DNA of 42,757 nt from assembly GCA_014859735.1 (NCBI GenBank), contig JACUTR010000003.1:1-42757 (forward strand), given 5' to 3'. Below are positions 9,261 through 19,691 of the stretch, in pieces. Each line of letters opens with the position of its first letter. The stretch's first letter is position 1. The stretch is from Candidatus Methanophagales archaeon. Lineage in GTDB: Archaea; Halobacteriota; Syntropharchaeia; Alkanophagales; Methanospirareceae. The position numbers and the translations under genes are program-made. The notes beneath the pieces are model-generated. The model worked only from the letters and a program-made list of their open reading frames with translations, did no database searches and was not told where the DNA came from.

Positions 9261-9359
9261 ATGACAGAACAAGCCGCAGAAGAGGTTAAGGAGAGAGTCA
9301 GTCGGGAAACCGGCTGTCAGCACGGTGTAATTCACGTAGATCCGGGTAATACTTTATAG
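9261..9359 (+). pseudogene. Possible remnant of a cation diffusion facilitator C-terminus
   Basis: Hand translation MTEQAAEEVKERVSRETGCQHGVIHVDPGNTL*; IHVDP resembles the end of the CDF dimerisation domain. Confidence 0.4.
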
Positions 9360-9396
9360 ACTTGTGCCCTAACTAATCACTCTATGAAGGTGTAAG

Positions 9397-10197
9397 ATGA
9401 AGAGAGTAAAAAGAAAAATTATCAAGATTGATGAGGATTTATGTGATGGCTGTGGAATTTGCATCCCAACGTGCCCCGAACAAGCAATCCAGATTGTTGA
9501 TACGCCTGAAGGGAAAAAAGCAAGGTTGGTGAAAGAGTTTTACTGTGATGGTCTTGGTGCGTGTCTCGGTTCCTGTCCAACCGGAGCATTAACGATTGAA
9601 GAACGAGAAGCGGAACCTTACGATGAAGAGGCAACAATCGCTCGAATTAAAGGGACAGCACCTGAGATGTTGGAAGAACATCTAAAACATCTTAAGGAGC
9701 ATGCACAGGAATTACCTGAACATCACGGACATAAACTGCCGAAAGGTGTAACAACCTGTCCTTCCGCCCAGATGCTTCGGTGGGCAGAGAAGGAGGAGAA
9801 AGTAGCTAAAGAACCCGTGAAACTCCGCTCAGAATTACGGCATTGGCCTATACAACTGCATTTAGTTCACCCATCTGCTCCTTATTACCAGAATGCAGAC
9901 TTAGTTATAGTTGCTGATTGCGTTCCTTTTGCCTACGCCAATTTTCACGAGGATTTTCTGAAGGGTAGGGTGATCGCTATTGGCTGTCCAAAACTTGACG
10001 ACATCGAGGCTTATGGGGAAAAAGTTAGGCAGCTAATTGAAATAGCAAAGCCCCGCAGTATAACAATCGTACACATGGAAGTCCCCTGCTGTTTTGGTTT
10101 TGGAAACATTGTCCGGCAAGCACTGAGAGAAGCTCGGACGAGGAAGAAAATTCCGCTTGAGGATATAATAATAAGTATAACGGGTGAAAAATTGTGA
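9397..10197 (+). CDS. 4Fe-4S ferredoxin-domain protein of the type often found next to hcp
   Basis: CDGCGICIPTC and CDGLGACLGSC, His-rich linker, WPIQL, GCPKLD, MEVPCC. Confidence 0.85.
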   Translation: MKRVKRKIIKIDEDLCDGCGICIPTCPEQAIQIVDTPEGKKARLVKEFYCDGLGACLGSCPTGALTIEEREAEPYDEEATIARIKGTAPEMLEEHLKHLKEHAQELPEHHGHKLPKGVTTCPSAQMLRWAEKEEKVAKEPVKLRSELRHWPIQLHLVHPSAPYYQNADLVIVADCVPFAYANFHEDFLKGRVIAIGCPKLDDIEAYGEKVRQLIEIAKPRSITIVHMEVPCCFGFGNIVRQALREARTRKKIPLEDIIISITGEKL

Positions 10198-10249
10198 GCA
10201 AAATTTAAAGTAGTTCACCTAACGTTTGAAGATATTATGGGGGTTAAAA

Positions 10250-12154
10250 ATGGAAGAGAATAGGATTTCTTACCACGAATCTGTTCGGAGGGTGTACGAG
10301 CGAATCAAAAAGGATAACATGGACAATATTTGGGATCGCTATGTGGCACAGGGTTTTGGGGGCGATCCTGATAGGAGATGTCCCTTCTGTCAGGCAGGAG
10401 TTCGGTGTGACTTATGTTCAAACGGGCCTTGCCGTGCAGATGCATCACTAAACAAGAAGGGTGTTTGCGGCATTACGGCGGATGGCATGGCTATGCGGAT
10501 GATGCTGCTGAGAAACGTGATGGGGGCATCCACGTACCACTATCACACCGATCAGACCATCAAGACTCTTCGGGCAACCGCACAGGGTCAAACACCATTC
10601 AAAATTAGCGAGTCTGAAAAATTGAAGGATTTTGCAGGGCGGCTTGGGGTAAATACCGCAGGATCAGAGAATGAACTTGCTATTCGGCTCTGTGATTTTG
10701 TGGAAGCCGATTTTAACCGGAAGTACTATGAACCGAGTCATATTGTAGAGATCTTAGCGCCACAGGAGCGTAAAGAAGCGTGGAAAAAACTGGATATTTT
10801 CCCCGGCGGGATTTACGGCGAGATGATGCTGGCCACAAGTTCGTGCCTGACTAACGTCGATGGTTACTACGTGAGCTTGGCGCTCAAGGCCATGCGTCTC
10901 GCGGTGGCAATGGCGTATCAAAGCCAGATTGTTAATGAGTATTGTCAGGATATCCTCTATGGGATACCAAATCCACATAAGATGCGGGTAGACCTCGGCG
11001 TGCTGGAGCCCGACTATGTGAATGTGCTGCCCAATGGCCATGAACCGTTCCTTGGGTTTGCTATGGTTCAACTTGCTCGAAAACCGGAATGGCAGGAAAA
11101 GGCACAAGCCGTTGGTGCCAGAGGATTGCGTGTCATTGCGAACATTGAGACGGGTCAAGAGATGATTCAGCGCTGGGAGATGGATGACGCATTTTACGGG
11201 TTCACCGGGAACTGGCTTATGCAAGAGGCGGTTTTTGCCAGTGGCTGCGTGGATCTTTTCGCCGCTGATATGAATTGTTCGATGCCTATTGACCCTTTAT
11301 ACGCTCGAAAATATAAGTTCAGACTCGTGCCGTTAAGTGAGTTAGTTGCCTTTGAAGGCATTACCGATCGGATCAACTATGAGCCTGAAAAGGCTGAAGA
11401 CCAGGCAGCTCGACTCTTGCGGATGGCGATCGATAACTTTAAAGAACGTAGAGCATATGTCGAGGCGGTTACCCAACTACCCATGAGAGAAGCTTTGGTT
11501 GGCTTTTCTACCGAAAGTATTCTAAAAGCTCTTGGCGGCACTCTCGACCCGCTCTTAGAAGCGCTCAAAGAGGGATCGTTGCGAGGGTGCGCAGGCCTTG
11601 TCTCATGCACGGCGCTGAGGGATTCAGGTCAGGATGTACACAGTGTCCGGATAGCAAAGGAGCTTATTAAACGTGATATCCTGGTGCTCTCAATGGGCTG
11701 TGGCAACGGAGCCATGCAAGTCGCGGGTCTCTGTACTCTCCAGGCGAAAGAATTTGCCGGCGCAGGTCTTAAAGGACTTTGTGAGAACCTGAATATCCCC
11801 CCAGTTCTCAGCTACGGAACCTGCACGGACACAGGACGTTTGGCTGACCTTTTGGCTGCAATCTCAAATGCGTTGGGAGGCGTGCCTCTACCAGATCTCC
11901 CGGTTGTTGCGGCAGCACCTGAATATATGGAACAGAAGGCGACCATTGACGCCGTCTTCGCGGTGGCTCTGGGACTCTATACGTATGTCAATCCTGTACC
12001 GACGGTTACGGGGGCACCACAGTTGGTCAAACTCTTCACTCAGGACTGCAAACAGCTAACCGGTGGTCTGCTGAATGTTGAAAGAGATCCAATCAAAGCA
12101 GCAGATGCCATGTTAGCACACATAGAAGCGAATCGAAAGAAAATAGGGATTTAA
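10250..12154 (+). CDS. cooS: CooS/HCP-superfamily protein: divergent Ni-CODH homolog, CODH-V/clade-D-like
   Basis: CPFC..G..CDLCSNGPC..GVCG (D/B clusters); NGHEP, DMNC, VSC, MGCG, GTCTD, MEQKA. ANIETGQE replaces the usual CCTGNE. Confidence 0.85.
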   Translation: MEENRISYHESVRRVYERIKKDNMDNIWDRYVAQGFGGDPDRRCPFCQAGVRCDLCSNGPCRADASLNKKGVCGITADGMAMRMMLLRNVMGASTYHYHTDQTIKTLRATAQGQTPFKISESEKLKDFAGRLGVNTAGSENELAIRLCDFVEADFNRKYYEPSHIVEILAPQERKEAWKKLDIFPGGIYGEMMLATSSCLTNVDGYYVSLALKAMRLAVAMAYQSQIVNEYCQDILYGIPNPHKMRVDLGVLEPDYVNVLPNGHEPFLGFAMVQLARKPEWQEKAQAVGARGLRVIANIETGQEMIQRWEMDDAFYGFTGNWLMQEAVFASGCVDLFAADMNCSMPIDPLYARKYKFRLVPLSELVAFEGITDRINYEPEKAEDQAARLLRMAIDNFKERRAYVEAVTQLPMREALVGFSTESILKALGGTLDPLLEALKEGSLRGCAGLVSCTALRDSGQDVHSVRIAKELIKRDILVLSMGCGNGAMQVAGLCTLQAKEFAGAGLKGLCENLNIPPVLSYGTCTDTGRLADLLAAISNALGGVPLPDLPVVAAAPEYMEQKATIDAVFAVALGLYTYVNPVPTVTGAPQLVKLFTQDCKQLTGGLLNVERDPIKAADAMLAHIEANRKKIGI

Positions 12155-12266
12155 GCCGGGATGAATCGTGGAAGGAGGAGTGGAACGACCGGTCCACACG
12201 TACGATGATAAATCTTAATCCAGTTGTTTATTTACCTTATATATCTAATTAATCGGTGTGGATCCA

Positions 12267-12545
12267 ATGGCTCTGGTGCACATTAAAGGAACGAAGAAAG
12301 GGAAGGTTATTCTCTATGCGTTAAGCACCTGCGTCTGGTGCAAGAAAACGAAGAAGCTGCTCACGGAATTAGGCGTGGATTTCTACTACGTATATGTCGA
12401 CTTACTGGAAGGAGAGGAGAAAGCAAAAGTTTTGGATGAGATAGCGCGTCATAGTTCTGTTCGCTCCTTTCCCACACTCGTGATTGAGGATAAAACGTGC
12501 GTCGTCGGCCATCAGGAGAGGAAGATCCGGGAGGTTTTAGGATGA
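12267..12545 (+). CDS. Glutaredoxin
   Basis: [20 protein letters not shown]. Confidence 0.9.
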   Translation: MALVHIKGTKKGKVILYALSTCVWCKKTKKLLTELGVDFYYVYVDLLEGEEKAKVLDEIARHSSVRSFPTLVIEDKTCVVGHQERKIREVLG

Positions 12546-13048
12546 TGAATGATGCTAACGTAACGAATGATGAGGTTCAGAAGCTTTATACACGCTTGGA
12601 TAATGAGGCTGAGGCGTCAGGATACCATCTGAATCCCGATGGTGAACACACCAGGGATTTGGTCAGAGGACTGCTTATAAACGAGAAGCGATACGGATAC
12701 TGGGCATGCCCCTGCAGGTTGGCTTCGGGCGATAAAGAGGTGGATCTTGATATCATCTGTCCCTGTGATTATAGAGATCAGGATGTAGAGGAATACGGCG
12801 CCTGCTATTGTGGACTTTATGTCTCAGAGGATGTTCTCGAGGGCAAACAGAGTGTAGAACCTATACCTGAACGGCGGCCACCACCTGAGGAGAGGAAGAG
12901 GGCAGAGCAAGTACCCCCCGCAGTATCCTCACTATCGCTCCCAGTCTGGAGATGCCGCGTATGCGGCTACCTCTGTGCACGAGAGGGGCCTCCTGGAGTG
13001 TGCCCCATCTGCAAGGCGAAAAAGGACCGGTTTGAACGGTTCATATAG
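12542..13048 (+). CDS. Ferredoxin:thioredoxin/disulfide reductase catalytic subunit with C-terminal rubredoxin-like domain
   Basis: CPC..CPC..CYC motifs; WRCRVCGY...CPICKA; ATGA overlap with the glutaredoxin stop. Confidence 0.9.
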   Translation: MMNDANVTNDEVQKLYTRLDNEAEASGYHLNPDGEHTRDLVRGLLINEKRYGYWACPCRLASGDKEVDLDIICPCDYRDQDVEEYGACYCGLYVSEDVLEGKQSVEPIPERRPPPEERKRAEQVPPAVSSLSLPVWRCRVCGYLCAREGPPGVCPICKAKKDRFERFI

Positions 13049-13116
13049 CTTCATTGCGATCTTAGCCGGCAGCACTCTCATGACGGGGTTATAGTAGCAG
13101 CAGTATAAAGTGAAAA

Positions 13117-15549
13117 ATGGCAGAAGGACGTAAAAAGGCTGAACTCAAGATTTCAGGAATGACGTGTGCGACCTGCGCTACGACTATTGAAAAATCCCTC
13201 CTGAGCAAAGGCGGTGTTGCTGATGCGCAGGTGAATCTTGGAACTGAGAGTGCCACCGTGGAGTATGATCCGACACAAGTACGACTTACTGACTTAGAGA
13301 AAGCGGTAACCGATGCAGGGTATGGCGTGATACATGAAAGAGTAACGCTGAGGGTCGGGGGAATGACCTGCGCCATCTGTGTGAAAACAATTGAAGACAC
13401 GCTCACAAGACTGGATGGAATCACGGGCGTTACGGTTAATCTCGGTTCTGAGAAGGCGTACGTTACCTACAATCCACGAATAACAACGATAGCCGAGATG
13501 AAGCAAGCAATTGAAGACGTGGGCTATCAGTATCTCGGGGTGGTGGGAGAAGAAGCAGAAGATGCAGAGAGAGTCGCGCGCGAGAGGGATTTACGAGAAA
13601 AGCGCAATCGGTTCATCGTTGGATTTGCCATCGGTATCCCGCTCATGATTCTCATCTATCTTCCGGTCCGCTTTCCATTTCCAATGGCGTATTTTATGCT
13701 GGTTGTTTCGGCTCCGGCTTTTATCTATGTAAGCCACCCGATATTCGGCGCAGCCTATCGTTCTCTTAAACATAAGAATCTCAACATGGACGTCATGTAC
13801 TCGATGGGGATCGGTGTTGCGTTTGTCTCAAGCCTTTTGGGTACGTTTGGGGTTATACTTACCGGGGAATTCCTGTTTTATGAGACCGCACTTCTCCTTG
13901 CCTCGTTTCTTACGATAGGACGGTATTTGGAAGCACGAGCAAAAGGGAAAACTTCTGAAGCGATTAAACGATTGATAGGGTTACAACCAAAAACCGCCAC
14001 GGTTATTCGTGATACCCGCGAACTGGAAATACCCCTGGAGGATGTTCAAATCAATGACCGAATAGTCGTTAAACCGGGAGAGAAAATCCCGGTCGATGGT
14101 GAGGTTATTGAGGGTGAGAGCTATGTAGATGAATCAATGATTACGGGAGAGCCTATTCCCGGTTTGAAGCAGAAAGGTGATGGTGTTGTTGGTGGAACGC
14201 TCAACAAAAACAGCGTACTCACCTTCATCGCGACAAAAATAGGGCGGGAGACGGTACTCGCTCAAATCATCAAGCTTGTGGAAGATGCACAGGGCTCAAA
14301 ACCCCCGGTTCAACGAATTGCGGATAAAGCCGTGAGCTATTTCATTCCGGCAGTCTTAACCATCGCACTTCTTTCCTTTGCCGTATGGTATTTTGTTATC
14401 GGCAATACGCTCCTTTTCTCCCTTACCGCCTTGATTGCGGTGCTCGTTATCGCATGCCCCTGCGCCCTCGGGCTCGCAACACCGACTGCAGTAACAGTAG
14501 GCGTTGGTCGTGGGGCAGAACTTGGCGTTCTCGTCAAGAGCGGGGAAGCCCTGGAAATATCAGAGAGACTGACAACGATAATCTTTGATAAAACGGGGAC
14601 GCTGACCAAGGGAAAGCCAGAGGTCACCGATATAATCGGTACAGGAATCGACGCTCGAACGTTGCTCACGTTGGCGGCAAGTGTTGAGAAGAATTCACAG
14701 CACCCACTCGCAGAGGCGATTGTGAGACGAGCAGAGGAACGGGGTATTGAGCTGGAGGAGAGCGAAGGGTTTGACACCTTTGGCGGAAAAGGTGTAACAG
14801 CACACGTTGCGGGGAAAGAGCTGCTTATAGGGAATAGAATACTTTTTGAAGAAAGAGCTATCTCATACCCGGAAGAGGTTGAGGAACAGATCGTTCGCCT
14901 TGAAAAGGAAGGAAAGACGGTCATACTCATCGCTCGTGATAACGAAATGAGTGGTATTATAGCCATTGCGGACACCCTGAAGGAAAGCACAAAAGAAGCA
15001 ATCAAAGCGTTCAAGGACATGGGGCTGAATGTCGTCATGATTACGGGTGATAATGCACGGACTGCGCACGCGATTGCGGGGCACATCGGCATAGAACGGG
15101 TATTAGCTGAAGTCTTACCTCAGGATAAAGCTGAAGAAGTGAAGAAACTGCAAGAAACCGGAGAGGTGGTAGCCTTCGTGGGTGATGGTATCAACGATGC
15201 ACCTGCACTTGCACAGGCTGATGTAGGTATCGCAATCGGTAGTGGGACGGACGTGGCAATAGAGAGTGGTGAAATAGTTTTGATAAAGGACGATCTTATG
15301 GACGCTGTTTCCGCAGTGCAGTTGAGTAAGAAAGTGATGTCGAGGATAAAGCAGAACTTATTCTGGGCTTTTGCATATAATACCGCACTCATTCCTATGG
15401 CAGCAGGAATACTCTATCCCTTTTTTGGTATCACGTTTAAGCCTGAGCTTGCGGGGCTTGCCATGGCTTTGAGTTCCGTAACGGTCGTAACGCTTTCCTT
15501 GATGTTGAAGAACTATATACCGCCCGCAAAGAGGGGTGAAAAAAAATAG
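13117..15549 (+). CDS. copA: Cu(I)-translocating P1B ATPase
   Basis: Two GMTCxxC domains, [23 protein letters not shown] and MxxSS motifs. Confidence 0.96.
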   Translation: MAEGRKKAELKISGMTCATCATTIEKSLLSKGGVADAQVNLGTESATVEYDPTQVRLTDLEKAVTDAGYGVIHERVTLRVGGMTCAICVKTIEDTLTRLDGITGVTVNLGSEKAYVTYNPRITTIAEMKQAIEDVGYQYLGVVGEEAEDAERVARERDLREKRNRFIVGFAIGIPLMILIYLPVRFPFPMAYFMLVVSAPAFIYVSHPIFGAAYRSLKHKNLNMDVMYSMGIGVAFVSSLLGTFGVILTGEFLFYETALLLASFLTIGRYLEARAKGKTSEAIKRLIGLQPKTATVIRDTRELEIPLEDVQINDRIVVKPGEKIPVDGEVIEGESYVDESMITGEPIPGLKQKGDGVVGGTLNKNSVLTFIATKIGRETVLAQIIKLVEDAQGSKPPVQRIADKAVSYFIPAVLTIALLSFAVWYFVIGNTLLFSLTALIAVLVIACPCALGLATPTAVTVGVGRGAELGVLVKSGEALEISERLTTIIFDKTGTLTKGKPEVTDIIGTGIDARTLLTLAASVEKNSQHPLAEAIVRRAEERGIELEESEGFDTFGGKGVTAHVAGKELLIGNRILFEERAISYPEEVEEQIVRLEKEGKTVILIARDNEMSGIIAIADTLKESTKEAIKAFKDMGLNVVMITGDNARTAHAIAGHIGIERVLAEVLPQDKAEEVKKLQETGEVVAFVGDGINDAPALAQADVGIAIGSGTDVAIESGEIVLIKDDLMDAVSAVQLSKKVMSRIKQNLFWAFAYNTALIPMAAGILYPFFGITFKPELAGLAMALSSVTVVTLSLMLKNYIPPAKRGEKK

Positions 15550-15597
15550 ATAAAAGCAAAAGCACTTTTATCTCGAGGAGGATATAGTGATAGAGGG

Positions 15598-18500
15598 ATG
15601 CACCGAGAGAATGAAAAAGGGAGTAAAAAGGAGAACAAACCGGGAACGAGGGTACCACCCTTAAGCATAGAAATAACAACTCTACTGCTCCTTTTTTTAG
15701 GCTCCGCCTCCATTGTTTTGCTTCTGCATGCGCCACAGAAACTGAGCGCCCAGGGGAGTTTAGCCCTAGTTGCTCTTGCTGCTTTTCCCTTCGCATACGG
15801 GATATGGATGCGAAAGAAATGGGCTTTTTACGCTTCTCTAATCTTACTTGAAGCGCTCATCCTTATCTCGCCCCTCATCGCTGCCTTTAGCCCGTACTTT
15901 GGTATCGAATATAATTGGATATCTTTACTCTCATTTGTCGTAGTGGGCTTAACCGTTCTTCCTCTTCTTATATCAAACGAGCACCACTTCGGAATTCTTA
16001 AAGAAGCAAAACTGCAAACGGTCATCAAAAACCTTCCGATCTTCAACACGCTCTTCATTATTTTTGGTGTTGCCCTTATCATAAGAACGGTTTTGCCGTA
16101 TGATACCGTTTTTAAAGACACCGTTAGATTTGCCTCCGATGACGCGGTATTCCACATGCGATTGGTTGAGAACGCATTATTCGGGGACCATTTTCCTCGT
16201 CGACTCTTTTTTGATGCGTATACCTACTTTCCTCATGGAATATACCTCCATTTTGCTCCTTTATTTGACCAGCTCATCATCTTTGCCACCTGGATAATCG
16301 GGCTTGGCTCGCCAACGAGAGCACTAATGGAAGCAGTGGGCGCGTATTATCCCGCAATCCTCGGTGCACTGGTCGTTTTCCCGGTTTATATCATTGGAAG
16401 GGAGCTCTCTAACAAATATGCAGGCATGATAGCCGCGTTGGTGGTTGCAACGCTTCCGGGGCAGTTCCTCTCTCGTTCTATACTCGGATTTACCGACCAT
16501 CATATCGGTGAAGTGCTGTTCAGCACCATAGCAGTGATGTTTCTCATAGTGGCGCTAAAGAGAGCAAAAGAGGAGCTCCCGGAAGGGGCTTTTCTGGACT
16601 GGTTTGCAAAATCCCCTATGGGATGGGTACGAGGCAAGAACTTTCCTTTCCTCTGCTATGCCGCTGTAATATTGGTGCTTTTTCAGGTAGTGCCCTGGGA
16701 ATGGTGGGTCTTCCTTTCTCTCATCCTCTTCCTTCTCGCACTTATTATCTTCCATTTCTGGAAAAAGCCTGATTCTTACGCATTTTATACCATCTTGGCA
16801 GGCATGGCACTCGGATTCTATCTTCTTACATGGGTGGGCGGAGTTCTTTTTATCGCCATCTTTATCCTCTACGGCGTTCTGCAATACACTCTAAACGGAG
16901 TTCGGGGTGGGCCCAATGAGTATATCTGTATTACCCTTACTCCGCTCTTTTTTATTCCTCTGCTAATGCTTCTTCCCTTCTTCGGCCCCTCGTATCCTTA
17001 TTATAACATACAGCAGGTAGGATCACTAAACGTGGGCATCATCATTTTTTCCATTCCTCTTCTCTATCGGTATCTGATCAATAAATTTGGTTATAGGCGT
17101 GGCTTAGTTAGGGAAAGGATAGCAAAAGCCGCGTTGACGAAGCCGGAGAGGATTGGAAGAGGTGAATATACCTGTCCGATCTGTGGTAAAAGATCAAGGG
17201 GCGCTGGCATCGTCGAACACATAAAGACAAAGCACCGAGCTGATATTGAGAGAAAAAGCGAGCTCGTAAAATTAAAACTTTTTTTTGATGAAAATCCTGA
17301 GCTAAGCGGGGGGTTAAAGAAACTCGGAATCAGCCCCATGCATGGTTCCCCGTTAGAAATAACCTCTAAATACGATCTTCTCTTGCCTGTTCTTACCATA
17401 GCGGTTCTAGTCGGGTTGGCTATTCTCTTTTTCCCATCAATAATTGGTGGTTTTGTTGGTACGATAACACCGGGCGGGACGGCATTGACCATAGCGGAGG
17501 TTCATCCAATGGAAACCGGAAGGGCGTGGGAATGGTTCACAATTTCCTTCTACATCGCGCTTTTCGCGATGGGAATACTTGCACTGAATCTCGTGCTGAG
17601 AAATAGGCCTGAAGAGCTTCTCATATTGGTCTGGAGCATCATCATCTTTGTTACCGTAGGCGGGTTGGGGGTTTTCGGAATAGAGGGCATAGGACAGAAC
17701 AGGTTCGCTTATTATTATGCGATAAATGCCGCAATACTCTCGGGCCTGTTTTTTATGAAGGCCTTTGAGTTTTTAACCGGTGGTGAGGAGAACGTGATAA
17801 AAAGAGAATCAACGGCTGACGCTCGTTCTGGGAAGAAAGGGGGGAAAGCGAAGGGAAGTGAGGCAAACCTTGATCTACGTCTTATCATCTTTGCTTTCGC
17901 TATACTGGTTATCTTCGTGATAGGCATAACCCAGGTGGGTATCGAATCCATCATCCCCGTGGCAGTTATCGTGGCGATTTTCTTCGTCTGGATGCATGCC
18001 GCAAACAAAAAGAGAGCGGATAGAGAGAAGCCGCTTAGAAAAACGCTTGCTGTTTTGCTCATTATTATTATCCTATTTTATCCGTTCCCGTTGAATGCAG
18101 TGGCCAGGCCCTTTCCCTCCACCACTAACCTGCCACTAAGCGCAGCATACGCCATAAATACTGCGGAGAGGGGCATCGGGATGATTGGTGAGGCAGACTG
18201 GTATGAATCGCTGAGATGGATGCGAACCAACACCCCGGAGCCCGGTATCGACTACTATGGCGTATATGAAGAACCCCCTTTGAACGAGACAACGGGTGTG
18301 AGAGAAGATTATAAGTATCCCCCGTCGGCTTATGGTGTGATGAGCTGGTGGGACTTTGGGCATATAATTACCTGGATAGCACATCGCATTCCGAATGCAA
18401 ATCCGTTTCAGGCAGGTGTCGGCGGTCCTATAGGTAGTGGTAGTCCCGGAGCTTGTGTATTCTTCATCGTAGACGATGAAAGCGAGGCGAATGAGGTTGC

Positions 18501-19479
18501 CGATGCACTCGGCGTGAGATATGTGGTGAGCAACTTTGAGATGGCTGATATCTGGAACGCCTTATACAACAAATATGCTGCGATGACCGTATGGGCAGGT
18601 AATCCCCAATATTATAACACCCTTTCGTATTATTATCAGACGATGGTAGCACGGTTACATATGTTTGATGGTGCGAGTGTGGAGGTAGCTGGTGAGACTA
18701 TACCTGCTTTGTCCCACTACCGCCTGGTGCACGAATCCCCTACTTTTATCCTTCCCTTGCTTATTATGGATGAAAATACCGGGTATATCTACTGGCGAAG
18801 TTTTTCTGGCGATTATGAAACGACAGCCGCTCAGGCACAGCTTCTTCATGGGTGGCTCTTCAGTATGTCTGCGGGAGTAGGGATGGAAGCGGATTTGGAC
18901 GAAGGATTTATGCCCGAAATGCTGAAGAGTGCCTTTAATAGCACTATCCCGCTCTCTGAGGAGAGCACTGTCGTGAAAGTGAACGGGGGCAGATGGATAA
19001 TAACAGACGAAGAGAATAGAAATGTGTTCATAATTGAGAAGAAGGAGGGAACGTTAAACGCTTACCTCTATGGATGGCCAACAGGGCAGCCGAACATAAA
19101 AGCTTGGACACCCGAATACCTCCAGCCCGTGAGTTTTGTTAAAGTCTTCGAATATGTAAAGGGGGCGAGAATAGAAGGGGCAGCTCCTAATGGGTCCTTA
19201 ATCGAGGTATCAACAACCATAACCACCAACCAGGGGAGAACATTTACCTACTCTGCGCGAACCACAGCTAATGACTCATACAAATACGAGTTTATCGTAC
19301 CGTATTCAACTGAAGGCCCGGTAGAAGGTGGCACGAATTTTGATGTCTCGGTATCGCCGTACACTCTAAGAGCGGGGCATTTCGAGAACGAAAGAGTGGT
19401 GTGGGATGTGGAGGAAGAAGTGCGAATCCATGAAGGGGATGTTATGGAGGGGAGAACGATAAAAGTAGATCTCCTTTAA
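15598..19479 (+). CDS. aglB: Oligosaccharyltransferase AglB (STT3), extended form, 1293 aa
   Basis: SDDAVFHMR, TDHH, TIAE, NRFAYY, WWDFGH, ANPFQAG, VKVFEYVKGA; many TM segments. Confidence 0.93.
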   Translation: MHRENEKGSKKENKPGTRVPPLSIEITTLLLLFLGSASIVLLLHAPQKLSAQGSLALVALAAFPFAYGIWMRKKWAFYASLILLEALILISPLIAAFSPYFGIEYNWISLLSFVVVGLTVLPLLISNEHHFGILKEAKLQTVIKNLPIFNTLFIIFGVALIIRTVLPYDTVFKDTVRFASDDAVFHMRLVENALFGDHFPRRLFFDAYTYFPHGIYLHFAPLFDQLIIFATWIIGLGSPTRALMEAVGAYYPAILGALVVFPVYIIGRELSNKYAGMIAALVVATLPGQFLSRSILGFTDHHIGEVLFSTIAVMFLIVALKRAKEELPEGAFLDWFAKSPMGWVRGKNFPFLCYAAVILVLFQVVPWEWWVFLSLILFLLALIIFHFWKKPDSYAFYTILAGMALGFYLLTWVGGVLFIAIFILYGVLQYTLNGVRGGPNEYICITLTPLFFIPLLMLLPFFGPSYPYYNIQQVGSLNVGIIIFSIPLLYRYLINKFGYRRGLVRERIAKAALTKPERIGRGEYTCPICGKRSRGAGIVEHIKTKHRADIERKSELVKLKLFFDENPELSGGLKKLGISPMHGSPLEITSKYDLLLPVLTIAVLVGLAILFFPSIIGGFVGTITPGGTALTIAEVHPMETGRAWEWFTISFYIALFAMGILALNLVLRNRPEELLILVWSIIIFVTVGGLGVFGIEGIGQNRFAYYYAINAAILSGLFFMKAFEFLTGGEENVIKRESTADARSGKKGGKAKGSEANLDLRLIIFAFAILVIFVIGITQVGIESIIPVAVIVAIFFVWMHAANKKRADREKPLRKTLAVLLIIIILFYPFPLNAVARPFPSTTNLPLSAAYAINTAERGIGMIGEADWYESLRWMRTNTPEPGIDYYGVYEEPPLNETTGVREDYKYPPSAYGVMSWWDFGHIITWIAHRIPNANPFQAGVGGPIGSGSPGACVFFIVDDESEANEVADALGVRYVVSNFEMADIWNALYNKYAAMTVWAGNPQYYNTLSYYYQTMVARLHMFDGASVEVAGETIPALSHYRLVHESPTFILPLLIMDENTGYIYWRSFSGDYETTAAQAQLLHGWLFSMSAGVGMEADLDEGFMPEMLKSAFNSTIPLSEESTVVKVNGGRWIITDEENRNVFIIEKKEGTLNAYLYGWPTGQPNIKAWTPEYLQPVSFVKVFEYVKGARIEGAAPNGSLIEVSTTITTNQGRTFTYSARTTANDSYKYEFIVPYSTEGPVEGGTNFDVSVSPYTLRAGHFENERVVWDVEEEVRIHEGDVMEGRTIKVDLL

Positions 19480-19691
19480 AATATTCTCTTTTGCGCTCGT
19501 TTTGCTCACACCATTCAATTTCCGATACCTATTTATAGTATGAATAACATAATCAATGATAAAATGTTAAAAAGGATGAGCATCCTTAGGATGGTTAAAG
19601 AAGAGGGGGAAGAAAAAGGAATTATTGTATCCTTATTATCATGACTTTTGCGACTGATAGTGGAGATCTTTCTTTTTAGAGGTGATGATAA

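Noticed and set aside
10214-10228. ttcacctaacgtttg, similar to one end of the attC-like site
   Set aside because: Half-site only, with no partner arm; short enough to be chance.
12165-12207. Weak hairpin after cooS (gtgga...tccac)
   Set aside because: Short stem, no second copy, no recognisable family.
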